NCBI GenBank assembly: GCA_016748015.1
Contig: JAAOMT010000128.1
Location: 2,669,913 to 2,733,912, forward strand
Direction of reading: 5' to 3'
Source: Geosiphon pyriformis uo1
Taxonomy: Eukaryota > Fungi > Glomeromycota
DNA: 64,000 nucleotides
Shown: piece after piece, positions 36,985 to 49,151 of the stretch
Numbering within the stretch: the stretch's first letter is position 1
How the letters are laid out: each line of letters opens with the position of its first letter
The notes under the pieces: model-generated
What the model saw: only the letters and a program-made list of their open reading frames with translations
Database searches by the model: none
What the model was told of the DNA's origin: nothing
Made by a program: the position numbers and the translations under genes

Positions 36985-38367
36985 ATAAATATACAAAAAT
37001 ACCAACAACTCCAACATTATTTAAATACCCAACTGTTCAAGAAGAAATTATCTCAAAAAGAACAAAAGAACATAAAACAACAATCAAAATATTTTATCAA
37101 CCATCAAAACATACTTTACCAGAAGAACAGAAGAAATCCAGATCAACCAACCAGAGTAATTACAGAACCAGAGAAAGAGACAATATTATTCAACATGCAT
37201 TCAGATCCAACAGCAGGACATTTTCATAAAAAAGCAACCATAAAAAGAACTAGAAAAAAATACTATTGGCCATTAATATATCCAGACATCATTCAATATG
37301 TCCAAAATTGTGATGCTTGCCAGAAGAGAAAAGGAACAAGACCCAGAGAACCATTGAGACCAATCAAAGTGGGACAACTATTTGATCACATTGGAATTGA
37401 CTTAGTAAGACCATTAATAATCACTAGCAGAGGCAACAAATATATCACAGTAGCCATAGACTATCTCACTAAATGGCCAGAAGCAAAAGCCATTCAAAAA
37501 GCAGATGCAGAATCCATTGCCGAATTTGTTCATCAAGATTTGATTTGTTGACATAAATGTCCAAAAGAACTACTATCAGATCAAGGAACTCATTTTGTAA
37601 ACAGAACATTGACAGAATTAAGTCAAAGATTTGGGATAAAAAGACTATTATCATCATTATACCATTCACAAACCAATGGATTAATAGAAAGATTCAATAG
37701 AACACTGTGTGAAGCAATTGCTAAGATCAGTTAAGAAAACCAGGACGAATGGGATTTGGTTATATCATTAGTATTATTTGCTTATTGGACAATGAAGCAA
37801 GACACTATACAAGCAACACTATTTGAATTAGTATACAGTAGAACAACAACATTACCAATTAAGATAGAAGTTAATACATATCCAACTGAACCAATAACAG
37901 AAGCCAATTTCTAAGAAACATTGTTGAAAAGAACATATGACTTAATGAAAACACTAGAAAACAGACGATAAAAAGCAGCTGATAATATTCAAAAGTCACA
38001 AGAGAAACAAAAAGAAAGACACAATAACCAACTACCAAATAAACCAGTTGAATTCAAGATTGGAGACAAAGTACTTTTACATCATACCAAAACAGAAAAA
38101 CAATAGAGTGGAAAATTTGACCCCAAATGGGATGGACCATTTTACATAGAAGAAATTCTTGGAAATAAAGCTTATAAATTAAGATGGGACAACAAAATCT
38201 TAGTCAAAGCAGCACATGGTGATCGACTGAAACAATATCACCAGACAGTATTATCATTCACCAATAACATTTCACAACTGAGAGTACAAAGAATACTAGT
38301 CCAACCAAATAAAATTCCATGAGATCTGGAACCAATCATAGTTATTGAACCAAACACGTCAAATTGA
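36985..38367 (+). pseudogene. Element C integrase, separate ORF; start codon mutated ATG>ATA
   Basis: H..H..C..C zinc finger (37195-37551), DDE core and KWDGPFYI. 1383 nt in one frame. Confidence 0.88.
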
Positions 38368-38422
38368 ACAAACAAAAGAGTATATAAAGACACAGTACAT
38401 GTAAAAAAAGCAACCAAGAAAA

Positions 38423-39058
38423 ATGGAAATACCAAATCATATTCACATTATAGCTTAACAACTGTTTCAAGCCTTAAATCAACAACTGTTAGACATAGAA
38501 ATTATCATTAACAACCAAACAATTTGCTATCAAAACACCAAAAAAAAGACAAAAAACACACCATATTAGTGGTTACCAAAAAACAAAAAAAACTGGACAG
38601 ATAACTTAATAGAAAAAGTAAAAAACACTTTTGGAAAAATACTTGTTATGACACCAACAGAAGAACTTACAAAGAAAAATTGGAAACAATAGACAGAACA
38701 ACTTCCAATATCATACTGCTACTACTAGTTAGATTAAAAGTTGAATATTCAGGAGTTGTATATCAACAAATCTAAGAGAATATTCAACTAAGACATAATA
38801 CAACAAATTGAAAAATTCATCGGAAAGAAAACAAATTCAATACTACATGTTAAAACAATGTATTGACTACACAGCATATTTCAGAACTATTCAGAAATAC
38901 TGTTACACTCTGACATAGAAACCATAACCATTAACCAATAGAGAAGAATGAACAATACACAAGTAGAAGATGTGAAGAACAGAGTTGAACAAACAATACT
39001 TAAAAAAAAAGTATTAGAATTAATTCAAAACAAAGATTTTAATGGAGCTCAATATTAA
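38423..39058 (+). pseudogene. Element C ORF3, unknown accessory protein, 211 aa
   Basis: One frame of 636 nt from ATG to TAA, interrupted only by transition-type stops: MEIPNHIHIIA*QLFQALNQQLLDIEIIIN...LPISYCYY*LD*KLNIQELYINKSKRIFN*DIIQQIEKFIGKKTNSILHVKTMY... Confidence 0.82.
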
Positions 39059-39072
39059 AAAAGAGGAGATAA
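39057..39072 (+). promoter_or_regulatory. Polypurine tract of C
   Basis: AAAAAAGAGGAGATAA directly before the 3' LTR. Confidence 0.85.
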
Positions 39073-40936
39073 TATTACTCATAAAAAGAAAACAGATATA
39101 GAAAATAGTAGACCAATAAGTGAGTAGTAGTTAACACATGAGCATTGTTACCAGACAAAATTAGAGATATTATTTAGCATAAAATTATCTTATAATTCCT
39201 ATCATTAATTAGCATATATTATCGTTTCAAATTATCACTTATTACATTAGCAAAATATCCGAAATTATCATTTAATTAATAACCCAATTTGTACACAACA
39301 CAAATGTAACCTAATTGTGATGATCAATCATGCAATACCCCAAACTATGTAACATTCAAAAAGTTCACTGAAATAATTAATAGTTCACTGAAAAATCTAA
39401 TAGTTCGCCGAAATGTATCTTTGATTCAGCAAAATTGTAGAAAATAGCAAAGTTCAAGTTCATAGAATAGTGTTATAACAAGTTGTATAAAAGAAGAGCT
39501 TCTTTTTTCGAGAAAATGTATCTTACTTTAGATTTATTACTTAGAACCATTCCTATACACACAAAAAGAAATAAATATTAAATAATTCGAAAAACCAAAT
39601 TCTTTAAATTATTGCACTTGGAAAATCCTCAAAAACACAACTAACAGTTTGAAATTGATTAGCTACCAATTTCAGTAGACTGTTAAAACACTTCCAGGTC
39701 TGGATCCAAAATGACTTTAACAAATCAATTCCTCATTTCTTCTTTTTCTTTCCTTTTCTTTTATTTTCTTTTCTTTTATTATCATAACAGACAAGATTTC
39801 TGTAAAAGAGTTGACTTTCACAGCAAAAGTAACTACACGCAATTTAGTAAGCTTCCAAACGAGCAATTCCTGGGAAAGAGTTGACGTTTACTACAACGTA
39901 ACTATACAAAGTAACTGGCACAGAATTGGCCATTCTACTCATAAGCCCAGCAAGTTTAAATTATAGGAGATAATTTGAAGATAAATTCAGTTACTGGAGG
40001 TTCAACCACATTCAGAAAACGTGAATTCACAGCAAACAAGCATCGACAACATTTAAGAAAAGAGACCAAAAACCTCCAGTAATAGCATATTGTTCAACAA
40101 TATAGAGCAATGTTAAAAATCATGGCATATTGTTCAGCAATATGGAGTAATATCAGAAATCATGGTACATTGCTCAGCAATGTGGAGCAATGTCAGAAAT
40201 CATGGCATATTGCTCAGCAATATGGAGCAATGTCAAGAAGATATGACATATTGCTCAGCAATATGAGCATTGCTTGAGAAATTATAGCACATCATTCGAG
40301 AATATAAGTGATCTTATAGAACTCAGATTATGTATATATAGTAGTAGTGTTAGAAGTAAAAAGAGATTAAACAGTTAGAAACCTTTTACATTACCAATAT
40401 CAATAAATAATTATTCACTATCTCAATCCACTCTCTACTATCAACACTTTATGTTAATAGTAATTGCTACTTAACTCTACTGGAACAATAGCTCTTGATC
40501 ACGGCTATTGATGGATACTAACTTGCACATTGTCTTGGCTCATTTTTTTATTCTTTTTTTTTTTTATTTTTTTTATTTTCTTTGATTTTATTGTTGTATA
40601 CTAATTAATTAAGGATTAAAGCACTGAGTAATTGATGTTATGGACAGCCTAGTAAAAGACCCAGAAATAAGAGTAGAATTATATATATTAATGGTTAGCT
40701 ATCAGAAGGGCATGACTGCCAGAATAAACTGGCCATCAAGCTGAAGACAGAAATTGGGAAAACAACTCAACAACCAACTACATTACTGTTGAATCTCTGT
40801 TCATTATACAAAAGACTCCACAACAAAACCTTCAGATAAAACAATACCTTCAGATATCCCCAAGCATTTATATCAATTGAGCACCAAGTTATGGGTTTGT
40901 TATTTGCTTTGAGACCCCAAATAATCACTTGTAACA
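39073..40936 (+). repeat. 3' LTR of C, interrupted by a solo LTR; U3 array of 6 x 40 bp at ~40085-40320
   Basis: Aligns with the split 5' LTR. Confidence 0.9.
39146..40084 (+). mobile_element. Solo LTR (939 bp) of the element-D family, inserted in the 3' LTR of C
   Basis: TGTTACC...CAGTAATA ends, 4-bp TSD gcat/gcat, absent from the 5' LTR of C. Internal ~20-bp repeats agttc(a/g)c(t/c)gaaa at 39362-39413 and TATA at ~39485. Confidence 0.88.
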
Positions 40937-41890
40937 ACATACTTATTTTTTAAATAAAACTAATTAGTAAATTATTTTAAGAACAACTATTTTGGTTTTT
41001 AATTTACTAATTTTAATAATAAAAATTTTTAAACTATTAAAATTTAAAAATAAAATACTGTTAATAATATTAGTTAAAAAGTAAAAAAACATACTTAAAT
41101 TAATTATGACTATGTTTAAATTTAAATACTAATTAAAATAGTAAAAAAAATAAAACAAACAAAAATATGATTAATTTGTAAAAAATTTTAAAAACTTAGT
41201 TTGTTAAAAGTTTTAAAAAATGCTTAAAAGTATTTAACAAATTATTTTAAGATAAAAAAAAGAAAAAAAAGAACAACAATATTAAAAAAAATTAATAATA
41301 AAAAAATTCAGAAAAAATATTATAGCAATTACTATTATAAAAAACTTAATCAAATAAAACTACTTAAGTTTATAATCTGTTATTAAAAACTATTAAACAT
41401 AAAATAATTTTTTTTTAATATATAAATAAATAAAATAAAAACAATTATTATTTAAAAGTAATTTGTAATAAAACTTTTTAAAAAAAGAAACAAAATTTTC
41501 AAAAAAATTGTATTCTAATACAAAATAATTAAAACATTTATATTTTTTACAATAAATTAAATATAGTTTAGTCTATAATAAATAAATATTATTAAATACA
41601 AAAATAGTATAATACATTAAATTTAAAACTTATTTAAATTTAAAATATAAAGTAATATAATAAATTCTAATTTCAATATTAAATAAATAATTAATATTAC
41701 ATATTTTTTTATTAATTTTCTTTAATAATATATTAAATTATATACTTTTTTTTTTTTTTTTTTTTATTAACTTTTAATGAATAAGGCCCAAAAGCCACCT
41801 ACTGCAATATATCAAACTAAGTGATCTAAACTAAGTACAAATTATGTACTTTCTATACATGACCAGTTATTTAAACTGATCAAAGCAACA

Positions 41891-44800
41891 CTATAAATCT
41901 ATCAGAACAGAAACCATACTATTCACACCAAAAAAAAAACAGCAATGTTTACAAAAACCAAAGCAGACACCAAATGTTTCAATAATTCCAAGCAACCTAA
42001 TCACTCCAGCTGAAAACATACATGACAAATCATGAGTTACAGAATACACAGAACTATCAAGTGGAATTAAACTACCTTTTTCTATTAAAGCCCTATATTT
42101 AGCTCTAACCAACCAAATATCTGTGCAGTGAATAGCATCCAATTTTTGAACAAAATTAACAATAAACTTTCTCGTGATCTTGGCATTACCCAAAATGGAC
42201 ATAGCTTTCTAAACTCAATTACTGAACATAAAGCTTTTGCCCATGGGAGTATATAATACATTATCAGATACACACAAAAAAAACACCTGTGAAACATGAA
42301 ATGAAGATAAGCCCAATTCAGACACACAATACTACTTGGCCAGATGAGATACAAAAATGCTTTTACGGGTTTCAGAGTCAAATGTACAAACAAAAAAGTG
42401 GTCAAAACTTTCCATTTCACTACAGTGCAAACACAAAACACTTGAATAAACCTTATTATACAAATGCTTCTATACAGCAACTGATAGATGGTAGTAGAGG
42501 ACCTTTAAAAAATAAGAATGCAAACTAGCCGTAGATTTACTGATAAAGCCAGCCACCATATGAGAGTCAGAGTGCCATACCAAAGCAGTATGAGACCAAT
42601 CTACATCACCAAGTAAACTGTTATCAATAACATCAAAACCAGAACCAACTTCCTAATAAGCACAATTAATAGACCTAAAAATCTTATAAGCAAAATAATG
42701 AATGTTCCCAGACATTGCCACCCCACCAGTCCTGATAAATCTTTTCTTAACCAATACAGGAAGTGCCAAATCAGAACTCACAACCAGACTGGCTAACTTA
42801 TCAGCATGCTCATTATCTATAACACCCAAATGCTCTTTAATTTTGCACCAAAAAACATCAAGCTGCTTTCTCTTAATTAAATTAACAATACCATGTTGCT
42901 CTATCTAATATTGGTTGTGAAAGTCCAAAGACACCAAAGCTGATTCAGCTACACAAGCATTCAGAGCATCCTGACTGTCTAAATAAACTACTACTAAACT
43001 GTCAGAAAGAACACATTTCAAAGCCAAAGCAATTGCCTGCAATTCTGCCATAGTTGATAATACCAATCTACTAACCCTAGCACCAATACCCAAATCTAGA
43101 TCAGGAAAGTAAGCAGCAGTACCACACTTCATCTTACATAAACCCAAATCCTTTAACAATCCATCTGTGTAAACACTAATAACTTTTATATTTGCAGAAA
43201 AGAGACATTGACCCAATTTGAAGATCTTATTTGAGCTGCAAAAACTATAGCCTGCAACCCTTTAACATGCAAATCATTAGAAATAAAAGAATGATCCAAA
43301 AAGTCACAAGCCAAAGTCAACTAATGAGAGACAGGACCCCTTGGATTAAGTTTCTTCCAATGTTAAAAGCTCTTCCAATCGAAAACCAAACCTTCTTTTT
43401 TGGTATACAACTACTCAGCAAAGACAACCCCAAATTTTTTAAGAGAAAAAAAAACATTATAAAACAAAGAAGCTCTCAGAACTGTAAATATTGGCATTTC
43501 ACCAGAAAAGTGAAACACAGAAACAGAGAGATTGTTAAGAGACATGTCATAATCCAAAAAATTATTGACTGGACTGACATACAACTTAACTGGACAACAT
43601 AGAGGGTGAATAGACGACCAACTCAGAACTTGAAGATCCAGAGACCTATGATTGAACAAACAACCAAGAACACCACTAGTATTTAAAAAACACAGCACAG
43701 AAACCACCTTGTACTCAGTCTGCAATTGCTCAAAAAATTTCAAGTCATACAAAGATGAATAGTGAAAAGCCTCATTGGGAAAGTCTCTTAGAAGTCTAGC
43801 CTTAAGTCTTAGTCCCCTCCTAATCAATATATCTCATCTTGTATACACATTCCTAGAAATAAAGCTAAACTGAGTCCTATAACTAACAATGGATTGCAAT
43901 ACAGCTAACACTAACTAAAGAAACTGTTTGTCTAATATAGCCTTTTTCAGAACCAAATTGACAAAAAACCTGATGTCTGTATACACCTTAGCCAAACTGG
44001 GTTTGAACAAATTCTCAGATAATAAATAGATGCCAAGGTACCAATGAGACTTTTTCTTGCAAGCAACTGAAATTGGCAGACCACTAATTGACAATGACAC
44101 ATCATTAATTCTTTAATTGATAGGAATGACCACAGTTTTTTTGTTATTGATAGAAATGTTATTCACCTTAAAAAATTCACTCACTGTGTTCAAAATATGC
44201 TGAGTGGCAGCTTGACTGCTACTTACCCAAATAGTATCATCAACAAATGCATCAGCAGCCAGAAATGAAGTCAAACTGCCTTGGTTTTCTATTCTACCTG
44301 TTCTAGCAACAAATTTAGTATCAATTTGGTATCCACACAAATTTTCCTGTCTCTTAACCTCACACAAAAGGAGATCGTAAAAGATCTTCCACAGCAAAAG
44401 AGAAAAAATTTCACCCTGGTTAAGACTGTCATATACCCAGTACCTATTAGTCAGATCGAAATTAGTCATAATTCAATTAACATAATTATTGTGAACAGAA
44501 CCAAAAAATCTAATAAAATGCCTGCATATTTTGATTTAGACCAAACTATTATGCAAGTGATATCAACTCACAGAGTCATAGGCTTTACACATATCTTGCA
44601 ACACAAGCCAGAGTTTATAATCTTTCTTTAAGATGTCTTTAACAACCAAACCAATGGCAAAAATAGGAGACTGAATAGTAGTGCTCTTAAGCATGGAAAA
44701 ATTGTCTCCACAAAGAATGTTGAATAGACTGTATGCTAACAAAATTCTGATAAACAACAACTTAGAAAGAATCTTACAAGCAGTTTCAATTAAAGCAATT

Positions 44801-46551
44801 AGTCTAATATTTGTTAAAACACCCTTCCATTCATAGGGCTTAGGAATCATTGACACCTAAACTTCTTTCCAACAATGAAGAACTAACTCACATACCAAAC
44901 AAATGTTTAAAAGATCCAGAAGCAAGCTTAGCACAGATCCATCACAATGTTTCCAAAGTTCATTTGAAATGCCAAACAAGTCAGCAGCTTTACTATTTGG
45001 TAAATCCTTAATCACATGTATCAAGTTATCTAAACTGATAGTATTCATTACACCAGAAAAAGCATTATTATTGACATAATCCAATGGCAGGTATTAATGC
45101 TACCACAAATCGGGAACACTCTTCAGCATGGCTTTCTTTCTTATCCAGCCCTTTATTATACCATCCACCTTACTTTTAACTTCTACTGGGTCCAAAATTA
45201 AATCATTATCAGAAACCAAATGGTCCAATACTACTTTGCAGAATGGATGTTCTAAAACACTACAGATTGTGTGGCTTTTGTTAACCACAAAATTCTCCAT
45301 TCTTCTTTCAATAGCTGATCTAATGCCTAACTCCTTGGTTTGCAACAACTCGGCAAGCTTAAAGGCACAATAAGACCTCCTTATACCATAGAGAACAGAA
45401 TAGACATTATTCAAACTTGCACCAAAGCTCATAAAATCCCGAACCACAGAAGCCCTGTCACTATCCAGAGAAACCCAGTGTCTTAAAAGAGATTTAAACC
45501 AGCCAAAGTCCATCTCATGAAAAGTCTTAACTATTTTCAAGACCAAAATCTCCAAGTTATGCAACTTGAAAGACTCCTTGGTAAACACTTTATTATAACT
45601 CTTAAATCATTTCTTTTTAAAAGCTCCATCAGCCAAAAAAATTATTACTTTGCAAACAATATTCTACATAGCATCCAGATCAGAGAAATTCCTGGCCGAC
45701 CCAAACTCATCCAAGAACATAACAGTATTGGCTGCAGTAGCATCCTTAAATTCACCCCATTTTACTTCATCTGCATTTTTGACATCAAACTTCCAATGAT
45801 TTTTATTTATCTGCTTGCATAATAAACTCAACTGGATATCAAGCAAACCACCCAAACCCACAGAAACGGAAACAACTTTGTGATTAGTATCAAAATAGTC
45901 CTCAACACCAGCCATACTACCATCTATTACAGCATTGACCAAACTTAAAGAAATGAGAATGTAATCAAGAGCTTTAGCAACACCATAAGAATTGGTCCAA
46001 GTAAGCATCTTGACAAACAAACTTCTTCTTAAAAAATTAACTAAACTTAAATCAAAACACTTTTTGAAACTAGCACACTTTTGGGCACTGTCTTCATTGA
46101 AATCACCACTTAAAATAATAAAAAAGAATTTATTCACTGCTTTTGCAATGAAAAAGTTGATTTCACCAGCCTGAGAAAACCAAACCACTGAAGAAACACC
46201 AGCATAAAGCCCCAAAATTGACACAGATAGATTATTCTTGAAGAGTAACTTGAGGGAGAGGAGTCAACCAGAAACTTTGGAAACTTTATACATATGTCTT
46301 ATCAAAGAATTGTTTATGATAATTGCAACACCAGAACCCAAATAACCAAAGTCCAAACCAGAAGTAAAAACCCGAACACTATCAAATTTATTTATAATTC
46401 ATAGACAGATTTTACCCCTCAACTTAGTCTCGGTAACAACAAAAATCAAATTGTTCATTTTTTTATGCCAATAAATTATATCATCCTGTTTTGTAAAATT
46501 ATTTATACTTCTAACATTGCATGTGGCAATCTTTCAAACTAGACTGGTTAT
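41891..46551 (-). pseudogene. LINE 1 ORF2 (APE endonuclease, RT, RNase H)
   Basis: GDFNE and LDYIL (APE); MIPKPYEW, QGEIFSLLLW and AFVDDTIW (RT); VYTDG...AELQAIALAL...YLDSQ (RNase H). Confidence 0.88.
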
Positions 46552-48320
46552 TGAGAAAAAGGTTTGGGCAATACACCACCAGCCAAAATTGAACTATCAA
46601 ATCTTGCTGTTAGACTTAGAACTGAAGCAGAAAGTCTTTCCAATATGTTTTCCAATCTTTTTACTTCAGGAGAAGCAGAAAAATCTAAAATTGCAGCAGT
46701 TACACCACTCATGGTCTTACCAGAGCCCTCTCTTGTCACTACATCACCCATCCAATTTTGTGATGAGAAAATTACTGACAGCTAACATCCAGGGCTAAGC
46801 TGAGAAACTGCTGGCATGAATGAGTCCAACTTCTTAGCCAACTCACTAATTTGTCCCATAAGGCTGGCAAGACTGCTCTCCAAAACAACAAATCTTTTTT
46901 CAACATTACTTATATCAGGAAGAGTAGGCTTTATCTCTAAAAAGGAGCCAAAATTGACCAAAACATTTCACACAGGGAGAGGAAGAAAAAATTATCCACC
47001 AGCAATCTTTACCCAAGAAACCCCACCAAAAGCAACAAGATGAGCAATTGGAGCCAAACACTTGGCATAGATGGTTGCCAACCTGCTTTTATCTATGTTT
47101 GAGAGAGATTTGTAAAAAAGTTTTTCAGAAAAAAAATTCTCACTCACAGCACAGCCCAAAAATGTATGACTCATTTTTCTATACTTAGCACATTTAGAAA
47201 AACCCAAGTGAGACCAACACAAATTTACACTCCTTAAAACTGGAGTAGTTCTCATGACAGCATTCAAGAAATTGGCTAATTTAAAACAAACAACAGCATA
47301 TCTGGTCTGAGCATATGTTTTCTCATCCACAAAACCAATTTAATTTCAGATGTTATGAGTAGTCATTCCCATTGGTAGAATATAGAGCAGCACCCTATGT
47401 TAATCTCTTGCATTCCATAATTCCTTGTCTAGATCAGCTCTGGCCACACACACAGCATTCTTTCCAATTAGGATAGACCAACAAGCTGTGACTAAATCAG
47501 CCTGTTTACTCTTACTAAATTCAACTATAGTTTTCTGCCACAAACCCACCAACTGTATCTTGATCGACACCATTACACCAAATTTGAATAGTGCAATGCA
47601 CACAGTCTCTGTTAATGTTTCAACTGGAATTTTCTTTAATACTATAGCCCAATCTGAATGTCCAAATAATTTTTTAAGATCAGTGTTCACCAAGATCTTT
47701 GCCTCTTCAGCTTTTTTAGAAGTCTGTGCCAAACTCAATTCAGAAGTAAATGTCACTCTGATGATCTCAGCAAATTTTAAGAAAGTAGAGGCCCTCCCAA
47801 AACCATTAATTTTTGAAAACAACTTTCTGATTACTTAAAGCTTCTCTTGAGAAGATTTTCCAACCATCTTGTCTAATCCAATATCCAAAGCAAAAGATTT
47901 GTGAACAGAAATATTGACCAAGTTTTTCAAAAGTAGAAGTAATTCCAACAAAGTGTCCAAAAAAACATCATTTTCATCACTGCTTAATAAAAAATTAATC
48001 TTTCCTAATGGTTTGCTTAATGCCTTTTTGGTTTTAACTCTCGAACCTGTAGGTGTTTGATTAAAATCTTCTCCAGTAAGAGCATCATCTTCACCATAAT
48101 TGAAACTGGTCTTTTCCACCACACATTTCTCCTCCATATCAATACTGTCAGACTTAGTAGTATTACCAGTCTCTGAACCCCATGAACAACTATTTCGAAC
48201 TTTAAGACCAATATTTCTACCACCAGAACCATCCTTCAAAGCACTATCTCTCCTCTTTTTTCTTGGAAGAACAGGTCTAAAGCCAACCTTAGAACCAGAA
48301 ACTCCAGCAGTCTTTTTCAT
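46548..48320 (-). pseudogene. LINE 1 ORF1
   Basis: Fragments 47835-48320, 47400-47822, 46992-47330 and 46548-46751 are homologous to ORF1 of LINE 2; degenerate CCHC knuckle. Confidence 0.8.
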
Positions 48321-49151
48321 GACAGCAATACTACAGTCAATAGTGGCTTTGTAATCAAAAATAAAGGGTTTGGATTTATCATACTGAATTGTAAAAAAAC
48401 TTTGACTTTTTTTTAAGAATTTTGGACAAAAGAGAGAAAGAAGTTTTTTAGTCTTAATTATATACAGTTATACTTATAAGTAAATTAAACAAAAGCATTT
48501 TAAGTTAATTCTTAAATAATTAAGTAATATAATTTTCAATAGTTTTAGTTATATATATAAAATTTTTTTTAATTAAAATAAAATATATTAATATTAAAAT
48601 ATTAATTTAATTTAATTTAACAAAATCAATTATAGTTTTTATTATAGCTTAATAAATTGCAATTTGATTAATATTATTTAATTAAATTTAAATAAGACTA
48701 AAATAATTGTTTTTTTAAATATATTTATAGAAATTTCTTTTATAATTACAATTTAATTTAAATATACTTTTTATTTTTTAAAATTTTTATTTTATATATT
48801 AAAATTATAGTTTTAATTAAATTTTTTTTAAAAGTAAAAATAAATCCAATAATTTTTTTTTATAATAAATAAATTAATATTTAAAACATAAAATTTTTTA
48901 ATAAGTATTTTTACAAAAAACTTTATAATTTTGAAGTTAATTCATTTTTTTTAAAGAAATAACATTAAAAAAAAAGAAATATTTTATTATTATTTATATT
49001 ATATTATTAATAAAAAATTTCTTAATAAAATTTTTCTCTTGTTAATCCTCTGATCACAATGAGAGCATAGATATTCTGAAGTATTCGCTTTTCTTCCTCC
49101 CTTTTCCTTTAGTCCCTGTTAGCTATTTCTTTTACTACACCTCTATTTGTC

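Larger units (their letters stand above)
20336..40936 (+). mobile_element. Ty3/Gypsy LTR retrotransposon C, complete, with nested insertions in both LTRs
   Basis: LTRs start at 20336 and 39073 and end at 30774 and 40936. 4-bp TSD acat (20332-20335 and 40937-40940). PBS, PPT and the full gag-pol-IN-ORF3 interior are present. Confidence 0.95.
41746..48455 (-). mobile_element. Non-LTR retrotransposon (LINE) 1, near full length, decayed
   Basis: 20-nt poly(A) tail (T run 41746-41765), probable 10-bp TSD aattatatac (41736-41745 and 48456-48465), ORF1 plus APE-RT-RNase H ORF2. Confidence 0.9.

Noticed and set aside
38423-39058. ORF3 as a retroviral env gene
   Set aside because: It is too short and hydrophilic, with no visible signal peptide, furin site or transmembrane helix.
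48991-49001. TSD of LINE 2 (tatttatatta, also after the poly(A) at 55923)
   Set aside because: Such a match is expected by chance in near-pure AT sequence, so the 5' boundary is left approximate.
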